In this document: in pieces, positions 19,042-28,439 of the stretch
Layout of the letters: each line of letters starts with the position of its first letter
Numbering within the stretch: the stretch's first letter is position 1
IMG/VR virus record: IMGVR_UViG_3300037424_002587
Span: 1 to 62,513 of that record
From: a virus
Lineage: Duplodnaviria; Caudoviricetes
Length of the DNA stretch: 62,513 nucleotides
Strand: one strand, 5' to 3'
Notes under the pieces: model-generated
Database searches by the model: none
Told to the model about the DNA's origin: nothing
Seen by the model: only the letters and a program-made list of their open reading frames with translations
Program-made: the position numbers and the translations under genes

Positions 19042-19052
19042 AAAATAAATAG
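19042..19052 (-). promoter_or_regulatory. Candidate late-promoter motif CTATTTATTTT
   Basis: Identical 11-mer at the head of the structural module. Confidence 0.4.
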
Positions 19053-19084
19053 GCATACTAAAAGCTAAAACACTTGTTATTTTT

Positions 19085-19140
19085 GTGAATTGCCTATAGT
19101 GTGTCCTGCGGACAACTATGGGTTTTCTCAACCTAAGATT
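19085..19140 (-). mobile_element. IS200/IS605-type mini element (hairpin repeat)
   Basis: Minus strand reads TTTAT|aatcttaggttgagaaaacccatagttgtcc..ggacacactataggcaattcac; near-identical to 45735-45786. Confidence 0.75.
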
Positions 19141-19180
19141 ATAAAAATTGATTGGATGGGTTTAAAGGAGGAGTTTTTGA

Positions 19181-19218
19181 AAAAAAAAAGACACACTGAA
19201 CTTCAGTGTGTCTTTTTT
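19181..19218. terminator. Bidirectional intrinsic terminator between replication and structural modules
   Basis: Near-perfect inverted repeat aaaagacacactgaa-c-ttcagtgtgtctttt flanked by A and T runs. Confidence 0.8.
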
Positions 19219-19378
19219 AATATATTTTGGAAGCGATGTACATTTCTTTTTTCAATTCATTTTTTCTTACAGTAAGGTGTTTAAAATATTGTGAACTTTC
19301 CTGACCCAATAATTTATCTAACTTTTTTTGAATATCTGCAAGCCTCATTTGATTAATTTTTTTAACTTTCTTTGTCAT
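19217..19378 (-). CDS. Small basic hypothetical protein (53 aa)
   Basis: Manual translation MTKKVKKINQMRLADIQKKLDKLLGQESSQYFKHL...; its stop abuts the terminator. Confidence 0.4.
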   Translation of the reverse strand: MTKKVKKINQMRLADIQKKLDKLLGQESSQYFKHLTVRKNELKKEMYIASKIY

Positions 19379-19421
19379 TAATAAAGAACCTTTCTTTTAA
19401 AAATTATTTTTAAGAAAATGT

Positions 19422-19904
19422 CTAAAGAACTTTACGGGTCTCAGGCTGAATATCTGAAAGGGGTTTAAAAATTCTATCTATTTCGTTAGATAGAATATGT
19501 ACTCTGAATTCTTCTAATCCATAACTTTGAATTAACTTATCCAAAGCGTATAATGCTAATAAATTGTTAATATATATACGAAATTGACGATCACCGAAAA
19601 TGGCACGAATACCATTTGCTTCAAGTTTTTGTTTAAATTTTGCAATTGCACTGTCTGTCGATTTTTCTATTTTCATTAATTCGGATAATAGATTCCATAA
19701 AATTGCTTCAATAGGATGACTTTCATCTGATTCCAATACGGAATCTTTTGCTGTAAACTTATAACACAATACATCATCTGTACACTGTATAGAACAAGCA
19801 TTACAATTATATTTTGGAATAAAAAATTTACAAATACTTTTTTCTTTAGCTTTATGATGTTGACAAAATTCAATACTAGAGCACAACTTACAGATATCAA
19901 CCAT
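19422..19904 (-). CDS. Hypothetical protein with Cys-rich N-terminus
   Basis: Two CxxC-containing clusters; co-oriented in operon. Confidence 0.6.
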   Translation of the reverse strand: MVDICKLCSSIEFCQHHKAKEKSICKFFIPKYNCNACSIQCTDDVLCYKFTAKDSVLESDESHPIEAILWNLLSELMKIEKSTDSAIAKFKQKLEANGIRAIFGDRQFRIYINNLLALYALDKLIQSYGLEEFRVHILSNEIDRIFKPLSDIQPETRKVL

Positions 19905-19912
19905 ATTTTTCC

Positions 19913-20608
19913 TTACTTCTCCAAACGGGTACTCATTAAAAAATTACACGCTAAATCTTTGATTTCTTTCAAAACAAAATAAGTATCTTTTAAATTACTA
20001 TACACGGAATCTGCCATACCTATAACGTGTTCTACTTTTAGAACTACACTACCTAAAGGAGCTAATAGCGAGCTAATTACAGTTTCTCTAATAGTTTCAG
20101 ATTTCATATTTTGAAAATAAGAGCCAAAGTGTTCATAAATATATTGACGACCTAGAGCTTCAATGTTTTTCAAATCTACCATCAAAGATTGTAAACCCAT
20201 TTTAATTGCTAAAGATCTATCTCTTAACGCTTGAGTTTCTTCAAAAAGAGATATCAAATGGGCTGCTTCCTGAGGACCATATGAACAAGCCAATGTTCCT
20301 TTTAATTTTTTACCGCCTGTTTTTATCTCTTGCGACACTACAAAATAAGAGCTTAATTCATCTTTTAATGAAGGATCTATCACAAAACATTTGCTTTTCA
20401 AACGTTTACGCAGTTTTAAAAGAAATTGATCTGTTGCTTTTATTTCAGAAATATCAAAAGATTTAACTGTAAAATCCTTGCAAGCAGGTGATAAAGAGGT
20501 AATAACACTCGATTTTTCAGAACACGATAATTTTGCAGTACCTTGAGGGGTAAACAACCATACACATTGTCCACACAATTCATTTTTCATAATTAACCCT
20601 AACAACAA
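19913..20608 (-). CDS. Hypothetical protein (N-terminal Cys cluster, C-terminal coiled coil)
   Basis: ORF track; operon packing. Confidence 0.6.
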   Translation of the reverse strand: MLLGLIMKNELCGQCVWLFTPQGTAKLSCSEKSSVITSLSPACKDFTVKSFDISEIKATDQFLLKLRKRLKSKCFVIDPSLKDELSSYFVVSQEIKTGGKKLKGTLACSYGPQEAAHLISLFEETQALRDRSLAIKMGLQSLMVDLKNIEALGRQYIYEHFGSYFQNMKSETIRETVISSLLAPLGSVVLKVEHVIGMADSVYSNLKDTYFVLKEIKDLACNFLMSTRLEK

Positions 20609-20940
20609 AAAAGAAAATTATAATTTTTAGTTTTAAACACGCTCAGATATTTATCTTTATATATAGACTGGTAAGTAGATTTTTTTAAATTAAAAGAACC
20701 TAATAATAGATAGTCTTTGGAGGTAAGAATTAAGGAAAACGGCAAACAAACTATTTCATATCCTATAATAGTCTGCTCAGAAGTAGCCAAAGAATGTATA
20801 TTTAACTGTATTTTCTTATCTAATTTTAAGCTACTTGAAGGTTCAGTAACTAAATATTGAGTATTAATTACTTTTAAAATAAAAGAATTCTTTCGAATTT
20901 TTTTAAAACAAAACTGAGTATCTACTAATTTCCAGTCCAA
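20599..20940 (-). CDS. Hypothetical protein
   Basis: ORF track; abuts both neighbours. Confidence 0.45.
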   Translation of the reverse strand: MDWKLVDTQFCFKKIRKNSFILKVINTQYLVTEPSSSLKLDKKIQLNIHSLATSEQTIIGYEIVCLPFSLILTSKDYLLLGSFNLKKSTYQSIYKDKYLSVFKTKNYNFLFCC

Positions 20941-22098
20941 TTAAGATTCCTTTCCTGCAACTGCAAGCTGAGGTAAACAAAATACAAGTTCATATTTTAA
21001 ACTTTCAAGCACCAGTACTTTTTGATAAAAAGAAAGTCTTATAAAATCATCCATTATTAATAATGGAATAATTAACCCACTAGATACACTAAATTTTCCT
21101 TGACCTTCCACATTATCTATAGGAATTGAATATGAACTATAGGCGGTTTCTCCTCTAGTATATACTTTTATATTATCCTTATCATCGGGTCCTTTTTTCA
21201 CCTCTTTACCTGAAATTAATTCAATGTAAATACGTATTTCTTCTTCAGAATTTAGTATACCACTGATGGCTTTTATTGCAGTTTTAAGATCTTTTGCTTT
21301 TATATCAAAAGCACATTTTACGGCACCCTTTCTTTGTAAAGCTATTTGATTAGTAATATCTGAAGAATTTGCTACCTGATATAGACGAGCACATTGCAAA
21401 TCAACAGAACCACATTGTACTCTGGTCTGCTTAGCTGAAAAGCCTATTTGAAGGGTATCTTCAGAAAATAACAATAAAGCTGACATGATAAAAGAAAAAT
21501 CAATCGTAGTGTCTATATCAGAAGTGCAAAAATCTGCGGAATAATAACCCCCTCTGAAACTATCATTTGTAGACAAATAACATTTTTTATCTTTCGTATA
21601 AACCCTTACTATCTTACTCTTAGTATCAGTAGCAACTGGTTTAAAAGATAACAAACTCAATCCCTTAGTAAATGTCTCTTTATTAAAAGAATGTGTGAGC
21701 TTTATTTTTTCCATGTTATTGATTAATGCTTTTTTAGGGTTTGTACAAATAGTAGACCCCTTAAAATTTCCAGAAATTAACCAAATCTTCGATGCACCTT
21801 TTTGAGAATTTTCGATCTTCAAATAAATTTCTTTACCTGAAAATTTAAACTTTTGTAAAATTTCAAAAGGAATTGCAAAAATAGAGGTCTCTTTAACTAT
21901 TGTTGCTTCAGTAGTCTTAAGGCTCTGTTCCAGCCAAAGGATATCAGTTCCACATTTCACTAAAAGACAATTATCTTCCATAATTTCAAATACAATATGA
22001 CTATCTTTTTGGGCTACCAGTGTTTTTATTAGCTGTAATGCTTTTTTAAAGGTGTCAGTATTAACTTTAAATGAACTCATAGTTTTCCTTAAAAACAA
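20941..22098 (-). CDS. dnaN: DNA polymerase III beta sliding clamp-like protein
   Basis: ~380 aa with a three-domain beta-clamp-like pattern; STNDSFR resembles ATDGHR; a DnaX is encoded in the same window. Confidence 0.6.
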   Translation of the reverse strand: MFLRKTMSSFKVNTDTFKKALQLIKTLVAQKDSHIVFEIMEDNCLLVKCGTDILWLEQSLKTTEATIVKETSIFAIPFEILQKFKFSGKEIYLKIENSQKGASKIWLISGNFKGSTICTNPKKALINNMEKIKLTHSFNKETFTKGLSLLSFKPVATDTKSKIVRVYTKDKKCYLSTNDSFRGGYYSADFCTSDIDTTIDFSFIMSALLLFSEDTLQIGFSAKQTRVQCGSVDLQCARLYQVANSSDITNQIALQRKGAVKCAFDIKAKDLKTAIKAISGILNSEEEIRIYIELISGKEVKKGPDDKDNIKVYTRGETAYSSYSIPIDNVEGQGKFSVSSGLIIPLLIMDDFIRLSFYQKVLVLESLKYELVFCLPQLAVAGKES

Positions 22099-22723
22099 AA
22101 TGTGAATTTAAAATTGAAACCCAACTTGTTTTTCTTTGGTCCAAAACTTTATTTAAATGAATTAATTGATTGATTAAAAAATTTCTTGCTATTTGAAGAT
22201 CCTCTTCAAATAAATCATATGAACCATTTCTAAGAACATAGGAGGGGTGTACGGTAAGAAAAAGGTTATAATTGTTCCATTTATACATTTTACCCCTTAG
22301 CTTCGTAATACCTGCTTCTGCAATTCCAAAAGCTCTCATTGCAGAACTACCCATTACTACAATTAAGTTAGGGTTGCAATGTTTAATTATTTCAAAACAA
22401 TTACTCTTACACCTATCTGTAACGTACCAGCTTGGATTGCCTGTGGTACCGTTGTCCTTAAGTGTTTGGCATAATACCACATTAGTTAACAAATATCTAA
22501 AGTACTTTACAAAATAGCGATCAAAATAGCTACGAAAAACTTGCCCTGAGGGTCCTATTAAAGGTGCACCTTGTTCAATCTCTTTATTACCAGGATTTTC
22601 TGCAACAAACACAACTTCTACTTTAGAAAGATCGTCAGGATAATTAGTTTCTAATATACAACTTGGACAAGATAAAAGAGGACAATTTGAACAATCAGCG
22701 AAAGATTTTTGAATATTAAACAT
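22067..22723 (-). CDS. Uracil-DNA glycosylase family 4
   Basis: CSNCPL, VAENPG..E..QGAPLIGPSG, TNVVLC, TVHPSYVLR. Confidence 0.9.
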   Translation of the reverse strand: MFNIQKSFADCSNCPLLSCPSCILETNYPDDLSKVEVVFVAENPGNKEIEQGAPLIGPSGQVFRSYFDRYFVKYFRYLLTNVVLCQTLKDNGTTGNPSWYVTDRCKSNCFEIIKHCNPNLIVVMGSSAMRAFGIAEAGITKLRGKMYKWNNYNLFLTVHPSYVLRNGSYDLFEEDLQIARNFLINQLIHLNKVLDQRKTSWVSILNSHFVFKENYEFI

Positions 22724-22735
22724 TTTAACCTTTTC

Positions 22736-24523
22736 TTAAAATAATATATTAACTTTTTCGTCTAAACTGAAAGTAAAAAATTCGTGCAAAAAATTCAATA
22801 AGTCTTTTTTAGAACCAATATTCTCTACTAATTTATATGGGATATCCGTTTTTAATTGAGTAATACTAAACATCTTCTCTACTTGAGCTCTATTATTTAA
22901 TAATATGTCATGAGTAGTTTGCTTCATGTCTTTAGGACATGTTTCTAATATTTCATAAAAATCTTGAGGTGTACCCTGACTAAAATCAATGTACTTGCTA
23001 ACAATCTTACGTTCTAAGCGACCTTCTAATTTGGGGATATTATCTGAGGGATCCCCAAAAATTGCTTTGTGTAATGCAATACTACGTGGATTATTCAAAC
23101 CAAATTTTTTGTTAAAATCATTTAAAGTAATTTTTTCATCTGCTCTCGGAACTAATACTACATTTGGAATATCTAGTAATTGCCAAAGATCCTTATCAGC
23201 AGACACAATAAACACTTGACGCTCTAAAGACAATTCTTTGGCTAATGTTGCAATTACATGATCTGCTTCAGTATGAGGACAATATGCATGAAAACAATTT
23301 AAGTGAGATACTAAATTTTTAATATCAGGCACAGGATTAAATATATGGTTTCTACCTGCTTTATACTCTGGAAATATTTCAAGTGTTTCAATAGGACGCT
23401 CATCAAATACAAATATTAAATCAGTTTCTTTAATGAGACTTCCACTAAAAGCTCTTAACGCGGATAATATTTTAGATATACTCCCGAATACGTGACCTGA
23501 AGGTGATTCGACACCTTCACCGTTCCTTTTACAAGTCATCCAATTATATGCTTTTGAAGCCAAACTGGCATGGGCAATCCAGCTTGTATCGAATATCAAC
23601 CAGCTTTTTTTAGGTATATCTAATTGAAATAATGGGGCATCTGAAAATTTTTCTTTCATTTTTTCGTTTTTCCTATTTTCTCTGTTTTTAAATTTAGCTT
23701 GTCTCATCTTTTCTTTAGATTCCTCAGAAAATTTCCTTCCCAATCCAGCTTTACTTATTTTTTTTCTGCATTCTTCTGAAAATGTTTTATTTTTCATTTT
23801 CTGTATAGATTCTTCCGAATGCTTTTTCCCTAAATTAGCCTGTCTGAGTTTTTCTTTTGTTTCATCTGACACCTTTCTTCCTAAGTGAGCCCTCCTATTT
23901 TTCTCTTTTGTTTTTTCAGATTGTTTCTTACCAAATCGTAATTGTCTTAATTTATCTCTTAATTCCTCGGAAAATTCTCTATTAAGACAGGATATCTTTA
24001 TTTTCTTTTTGTGCTCTTCAGATAATTTTTTACCTTGATTAGGACTTGATAAACCTTTATGTGATTGCGACATTTTTCTTTTTATTTCTTCAGAAAAGTG
24101 TTGTCCTTTATTAGCTTTGGATATTTTATCTTTAAATTCTGTAGAACGTATGGCTCCGCTCGTTCCTTCGCCCCCGTCGGTGTGATTCGCCAAAGGGCCT
24201 GTTCCAAAATCAAAACGGCCAATCTCTTCTATTAAGTTTTGTTCAAATTCAAAAGCTTTTACTTCAGTTAAATTATTTCTAAATAATACTATATAATTTT
24301 TTAAATCTTGTTTAGAAAAATCTGATAAAATTTTCTTAAGTTTATTTTGAAATAAACCTCTGATCTTATTTTTTATAAGATGTTTCAGATACCTGTTTCC
24401 GTGTCCTTTTCCGACATAAAAAGGCTCATATAAAAAACAAACACTTTTATAGCAAAACTTTCCAGGCTTTCGAGGATCTAAATAAATGTAGGCATAAAAT
24501 TTATTTTCCCCCGAGTCTAACAA
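22736..24523 (-). CDS. In-frame fusion: GIY-YIG/NUMOD3 homing endonuclease (N) plus 5'-3' exonuclease/flap endonuclease (C, from ~23659)
   Basis: N part is paralogous to 2005..3123. C part has LIFD, FVFD, YKAGR, EADHVIATL, SADKDLWQL, GDPSDNIP. Internal AGGA RBS plus ATG at 23659. Confidence 0.85.
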   Translation of the reverse strand: MLDSGENKFYAYIYLDPRKPGKFCYKSVCFLYEPFYVGKGHGNRYLKHLIKNKIRGLFQNKLKKILSDFSKQDLKNYIVLFRNNLTEVKAFEFEQNLIEEIGRFDFGTGPLANHTDGGEGTSGAIRSTEFKDKISKANKGQHFSEEIKRKMSQSHKGLSSPNQGKKLSEEHKKKIKISCLNREFSEELRDKLRQLRFGKKQSEKTKEKNRRAHLGRKVSDETKEKLRQANLGKKHSEESIQKMKNKTFSEECRKKISKAGLGRKFSEESKEKMRQAKFKNRENRKNEKMKEKFSDAPLFQLDIPKKSWLIFDTSWIAHASLASKAYNWMTCKRNGEGVESPSGHVFGSISKILSALRAFSGSLIKETDLIFVFDERPIETLEIFPEYKAGRNHIFNPVPDIKNLVSHLNCFHAYCPHTEADHVIATLAKELSLERQVFIVSADKDLWQLLDIPNVVLVPRADEKITLNDFNKKFGLNNPRSIALHKAIFGDPSDNIPKLEGRLERKIVSKYIDFSQGTPQDFYEILETCPKDMKQTTHDILLNNRAQVEKMFSITQLKTDIPYKLVENIGSKKDLLNFLHEFFTFSLDEKVNILF

Positions 24524-24545
24524 AATGTATCTCCTCCTTGTCTAT

Positions 24546-24893
24546 TCATTTTTGATTTTTTTCTTTTATTAGCTTAAAAAGATTCGGAGTTTCTCGGGCC
24601 ATTACTGTATCTATTATTTTTTCAATTTCCTCGTCCGTAAGTTTTAAAGGAGAAACCTCTTCCATAAGTTTCTTACAATGTTCAGAAAATAATACCATAG
24701 CAAGTTTTAACCCAATACCCACTGCATCAAAAAATAGCTTTTTTAACCAAACAAGATCTTCAGGAGAATTTATAAGCCGTGAATCATCCCATTCGTATAC
24801 TTTTTTACCCCTTAAATAAATCTTATATATATTCGAATCTTCTTCATCAATCACCTCAATAATTTCAAATTGCTTCTCCAATTGCTGACTCAT
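24546..24893 (-). CDS. Hypothetical protein
   Basis: ORF track; ATGA overlap with the upstream gene. Confidence 0.6.
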   Translation of the reverse strand: MSQQLEKQFEIIEVIDEEDSNIYKIYLRGKKVYEWDDSRLINSPEDLVWLKKLFFDAVGIGLKLAMVLFSEHCKKLMEEVSPLKLTDEEIEKIIDTVMARETPNLFKLIKEKNQK

Positions 24894-25561
24894 TTTAAAT
24901 CTTCCCCGTCAAGTTTTTTACACAGATTTATAGTTATTTTCTCAAATTGCCAATGCTGATGATTTTTTATATCTTCACTAAATTTACCATTTACATACTT
25001 TGCTACTGAATGGTTAAATGTACCATATGTAAAGCTATCTGCTAAGCGAACTACGTAGCCTTCACACTGATCCTGTTCAAACATTGGTTTATAAAGATGT
25101 TTGATTAGATTTTCGTCCCATTGTCCTTCATACAATATTGGTACATGTTTTAAATCCAATAATTTACACCATTCAACGGTTTCTTTCCAACTTAGACACG
25201 CATTCTTATCATCCCAAATAGAAAATACCATAAAATAGTCATCCAAGTACTTGTAATGTATAGTATGTTTAGCATAAAGATTTTCACCACACACTCTCCA
25301 ATTGTAAGGGATATTATAACAAATTCGAGCATGCAAGTTCTTGATCCATGTTCGAGAAGGATGAGTATTGCTATCAATAGATCGGGCATGACAATAATCA
25401 GAGTACAACGAAAAGTTCTCACCATCCATTTTCACATTTACTATCATATTTTTATCTATAAAATGATCTACATTTGGTAATATCTTATCATCCGTTGTGA
25501 TTACCTCACTCCAAGGTAAATGGAATGTACGAGGATATTTAATATGTTTTAGATGGTTCAA
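24890..25561 (-). CDS. RNA ligase family nucleotidyltransferase
   Basis: KYPRTFHLPWS, KMDGEN (motif I), GENL, EGYVVR, AKYV. Confidence 0.85.
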   Translation of the reverse strand: MNHLKHIKYPRTFHLPWSEVITTDDKILPNVDHFIDKNMIVNVKMDGENFSLYSDYCHARSIDSNTHPSRTWIKNLHARICYNIPYNWRVCGENLYAKHTIHYKYLDDYFMVFSIWDDKNACLSWKETVEWCKLLDLKHVPILYEGQWDENLIKHLYKPMFEQDQCEGYVVRLADSFTYGTFNHSVAKYVNGKFSEDIKNHQHWQFEKITINLCKKLDGEDLK

Positions 25562-25586
25562 AAATTTCTCTTTTTTTGAGTTATCT

Positions 25587-25769
25587 TTATGAATTTAATA
25601 TAGTAATACATAACGAAACTATTAAAGACAATGGCCAAAAAAGTATAAAGAGTGTGCAGCCTACAAAGGAAAATAATGAAGTATCTAAATCTGTTAAACC
25701 CCCTATAAATAGACGATGTATAACTGATCCTATCAATATCCATATGATTAATAATAATATAATATTCAT
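25587..25769 (-). CDS. Small membrane protein
   Basis: Two hydrophobic segments; FWPL motif. Confidence 0.5.
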   Translation of the reverse strand: MNIILLLIIWILIGSVIHRLFIGGLTDLDTSLFSFVGCTLFILFWPLSLIVSLCITILNS

Positions 25770-25805
25770 ATTAAGGCTTCCTTAAATTAATCCTTTGTTC
25801 ACGTT

Positions 25806-27326
25806 CTAAGGGTTATTTTTTTTAGCTACTTCAGGATTCTTTTTCATTTGATCTGTTAGTAGGATAAAATGATGTCCTACAATAGCCAAATATAAAGCTT
25901 CCTTTATTGAATACGGGCAACACAATATTACTTTAATAATAAATTTTAAGTAATCTCGCCAATAAAATGACGTAATTTGAGTTAATAAAACTCTTAATAA
26001 AGCACGTTGTTTTATATTCGCTTTACAAGTGGAAAGTTTTGAAAAATGTGCCTGCTTAAGAAAAGCAAAACAACGTGCAAAGTAATTCCTAGGCTTATAC
26101 AAATATGTTAACATATTTGTATAACTACTGATTAACCGTTCTTTATCCATTTTAGATTCAAAGTTAAGATCTAAAATGTGAGTATGATTTCCAGCTGATT
26201 CCTTAATGAAACGGCCTTCACTTATAAGTCTACGCTGTAATCGCGTACTCGGTAAAGCAGTTAATAGACCTATTAAAGGCCTTGTAATGCCCGCAGACTC
26301 AATAAATTCAATTTGTTGTTGAAAAATATCTTCAGGGTCTGTATCAAATCCAACAATTAAACCGGCGATTACTTCTATGCCTCTCTCTTGTACTTTTTTA
26401 ATGGTATCAACAAGGGAGATGTTCATGTTTTGTCTTTTACCTATACTCTGTAATACTTCAACAGAGGGAGATTCTATCCCTACAAACACAAAATCGAAGT
26501 TTGCCTCTACTAACAAATTTAATAACTCTTCGTCTTTCAAATAATTGATTGACAATTGAGTACCAAAACTAAAAGGAAAATTTCGATTTTGCTGCCAATT
26601 GATTATATCTTTTAATATCTCTTTAATATTAGATATTGCAGCAAGATTATCATCTGCAATGAACAAACCACCTCTCCACCCCAATGAATGGAGCAAATCC
26701 AATTCATTTAAAATTTGAAAGATACTTTTTACACGTATTTTTCTTCCAAACATTTCAACGATATTACAAAATTCACAATTAAAAACACATCCTCTCGAGA
26801 TTTGTATTGTGGCACTCACATAATTTTCATACGAGATTAAACCATAACGAGGAACTGGACATAGATTTTCATCATTCATGTCAATCATTTCTTTTTCTTT
26901 ATCGTAGTATATAATTTTTGCTCTACCTTCCTCAAAATCTTTCAAGAATTTAGGAAAGGTACGTTCGGCTTCACCTAATATAAAATGATTAACGCCTTTT
27001 ATTGAAGCATACGAGAAGGTAGCATAAGGACCTCCTACTGCTGCAGGTACCTTAAATTTATTGCATCTTTTAATAATTGCACGTAAACTTTCCTTTTGTA
27101 CAATCATCGCTGATATACAAACTATATCAGCCCAAATGATATCTTCAGATTTTAATTCTTCAACATTAATATCAATGAGTTTAACATTATGCTGTTTAGG
27201 TATTAAAGCTGCAATAGTTAGTAAACCAAGAGGAGGCATTACTGATTTCTTACCTACTAATGAAATTATATGAGTATAATTACAATACGTTGGAGGAATT
27301 TCAGGCCATACTAGGAGTATATTCAT
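25806..27326 (-). CDS. B12-binding radical SAM protein (DUF4070-type C-terminus)
   Basis: PPLGLLTIAA, GGPYAT, SRGCVFNCEFC (CxxxCxxC), DDN, GIES, GLIVGFD. Confidence 0.9.
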   Translation of the reverse strand: MNILLVWPEIPPTYCNYTHIISLVGKKSVMPPLGLLTIAALIPKQHNVKLIDINVEELKSEDIIWADIVCISAMIVQKESLRAIIKRCNKFKVPAAVGGPYATFSYASIKGVNHFILGEAERTFPKFLKDFEEGRAKIIYYDKEKEMIDMNDENLCPVPRYGLISYENYVSATIQISRGCVFNCEFCNIVEMFGRKIRVKSIFQILNELDLLHSLGWRGGLFIADDNLAAISNIKEILKDIINWQQNRNFPFSFGTQLSINYLKDEELLNLLVEANFDFVFVGIESPSVEVLQSIGKRQNMNISLVDTIKKVQERGIEVIAGLIVGFDTDPEDIFQQQIEFIESAGITRPLIGLLTALPSTRLQRRLISEGRFIKESAGNHTHILDLNFESKMDKERLISSYTNMLTYLYKPRNYFARCFAFLKQAHFSKLSTCKANIKQRALLRVLLTQITSFYWRDYLKFIIKVILCCPYSIKEALYLAIVGHHFILLTDQMKKNPEVAKKNNP

Positions 27327-27865
27327 TCCTTTTTCTCTTTCTTTATTTTTAATACTTTATAGTTAATATTCAATATTTTACTCAGACACATTGCCATTTG
27401 TTTATTGATAGGTCTCTTATTGTTTTCCATTTTGGACAGAGTTCCTCGACTAATACCAAGTAATTTTGCTAATTGTTCTTGTGTAAGACTCTCCTTATGG
27501 CGAGCACCTTTAAGAGCAACACTTGGATTGTAATTAGGGAAAGCTTCTCTCCAAGGAATAGTAGATTCTTCTGGAAACTGAACATTTAATGTATCAAATG
27601 AGTGTCCATTTTCTACTTTATGTACAAGATGAATTTCAAAATTTATCTTTTTGTTTTTATCATGCAAATAATCATATAACAAATTATGAATTCTCATAAT
27701 CTCGCCATCGGGCAAATATTGACATTGAATATACATCTTATGGCCACAAGAACATTCAGTATTAATCCCGTTATCCCTAAGATACTTAACAAGATTTCTA
27801 ATAGGTCCTTCAATATTTTCATACCAATTCATTTGTATTGCTCCTTTTCTGTTTGAAGTTTCCAC
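27323..27865 (-). CDS. Hypothetical N-terminal domain fused to XRE-family HTH (antitoxin-like)
   Basis: C-terminal WREAFP..LKGARHKESLTQEQLAKLLGISRGTLSKMENNKRPI. Confidence 0.75.
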   Translation of the reverse strand: METSNRKGAIQMNWYENIEGPIRNLVKYLRDNGINTECSCGHKMYIQCQYLPDGEIMRIHNLLYDYLHDKNKKINFEIHLVHKVENGHSFDTLNVQFPEESTIPWREAFPNYNPSVALKGARHKESLTQEQLAKLLGISRGTLSKMENNKRPINKQMAMCLSKILNINYKVLKIKKEKKE

Positions 27866-27887
27866 GTGCTCTCTTATTTATGTATTA

Positions 27888-27916
27888 ATTATACATCCTT
27901 TTTCGAAAAAAGGCAA
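27888..27916 (-). promoter_or_regulatory. Sigma70-type promoter
   Basis: TTGCCT-17 nt-TATAAT followed by TAATACATAA; same architecture as 48992-49020. Confidence 0.75.
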
Positions 27917-27986
27917 CCCGTTTGAACAAATTAAAAATGCATTTTTACACCTCAGGTGATTGAATATGTTTACACATTTTTCTATT

Positions 27987-28439
27987 TTATGCCTTAAAAA
28001 AAGATTTAAAATGTTTAGTAGACTTCAACCTTAATTTGGAACACAATTGAAGTTCTATTGCGGTATGCTTAACTTCTTTTTCCAAATATCCCATAAAAGA
28101 ATTAATCTGCTCATTACAATGAGCTTCAGGGTGAATATCCATAATTTTAGAAAATATGTATCCACTCTGTCTTAATCTCGAGTCATGCACAACAATACTA
28201 AATCGATTTTCTATATCTTTTTCAGTATATCCCTTATTCTCATTCAAGGGTATAGTTAATCGAGATTCAGACCTAAGGGTATAATAAAGACGCTTACCTC
28301 TATGGCAAATATTTACATTAACCTCGACACATTTAATCATACCACTATTAAATTTCGAATATTCAACTATTCCCTTTTTAACAGCTCTAATAAATTTTTG
28401 CATAAAAGTCATTTTTTTTTTAATACTCCACCGAATCAT
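27987..28439 (-). CDS. Hypothetical protein
   Basis: ORF track; follows dnaB. Confidence 0.55.
   Translation of the reverse strand: MIRWSIKKKMTFMQKFIRAVKKGIVEYSKFNSGMIKCVEVNVNICHRGKRLYYTLRSESRLTIPLNENKGYTEKDIENRFSIVVHDSRLRQSGYIFSKIMDIHPEAHCNEQINSFMGYLEKEVKHTAIELQLCSKLRLKSTKHFKSFFKA

Noticed and set aside
23600-24523. Group I intron or intein housing the GIY-YIG gene
   Set aside because: No intein terminal motifs and no flanking non-coding room for intron core elements; the HEG starts at its own RBS.
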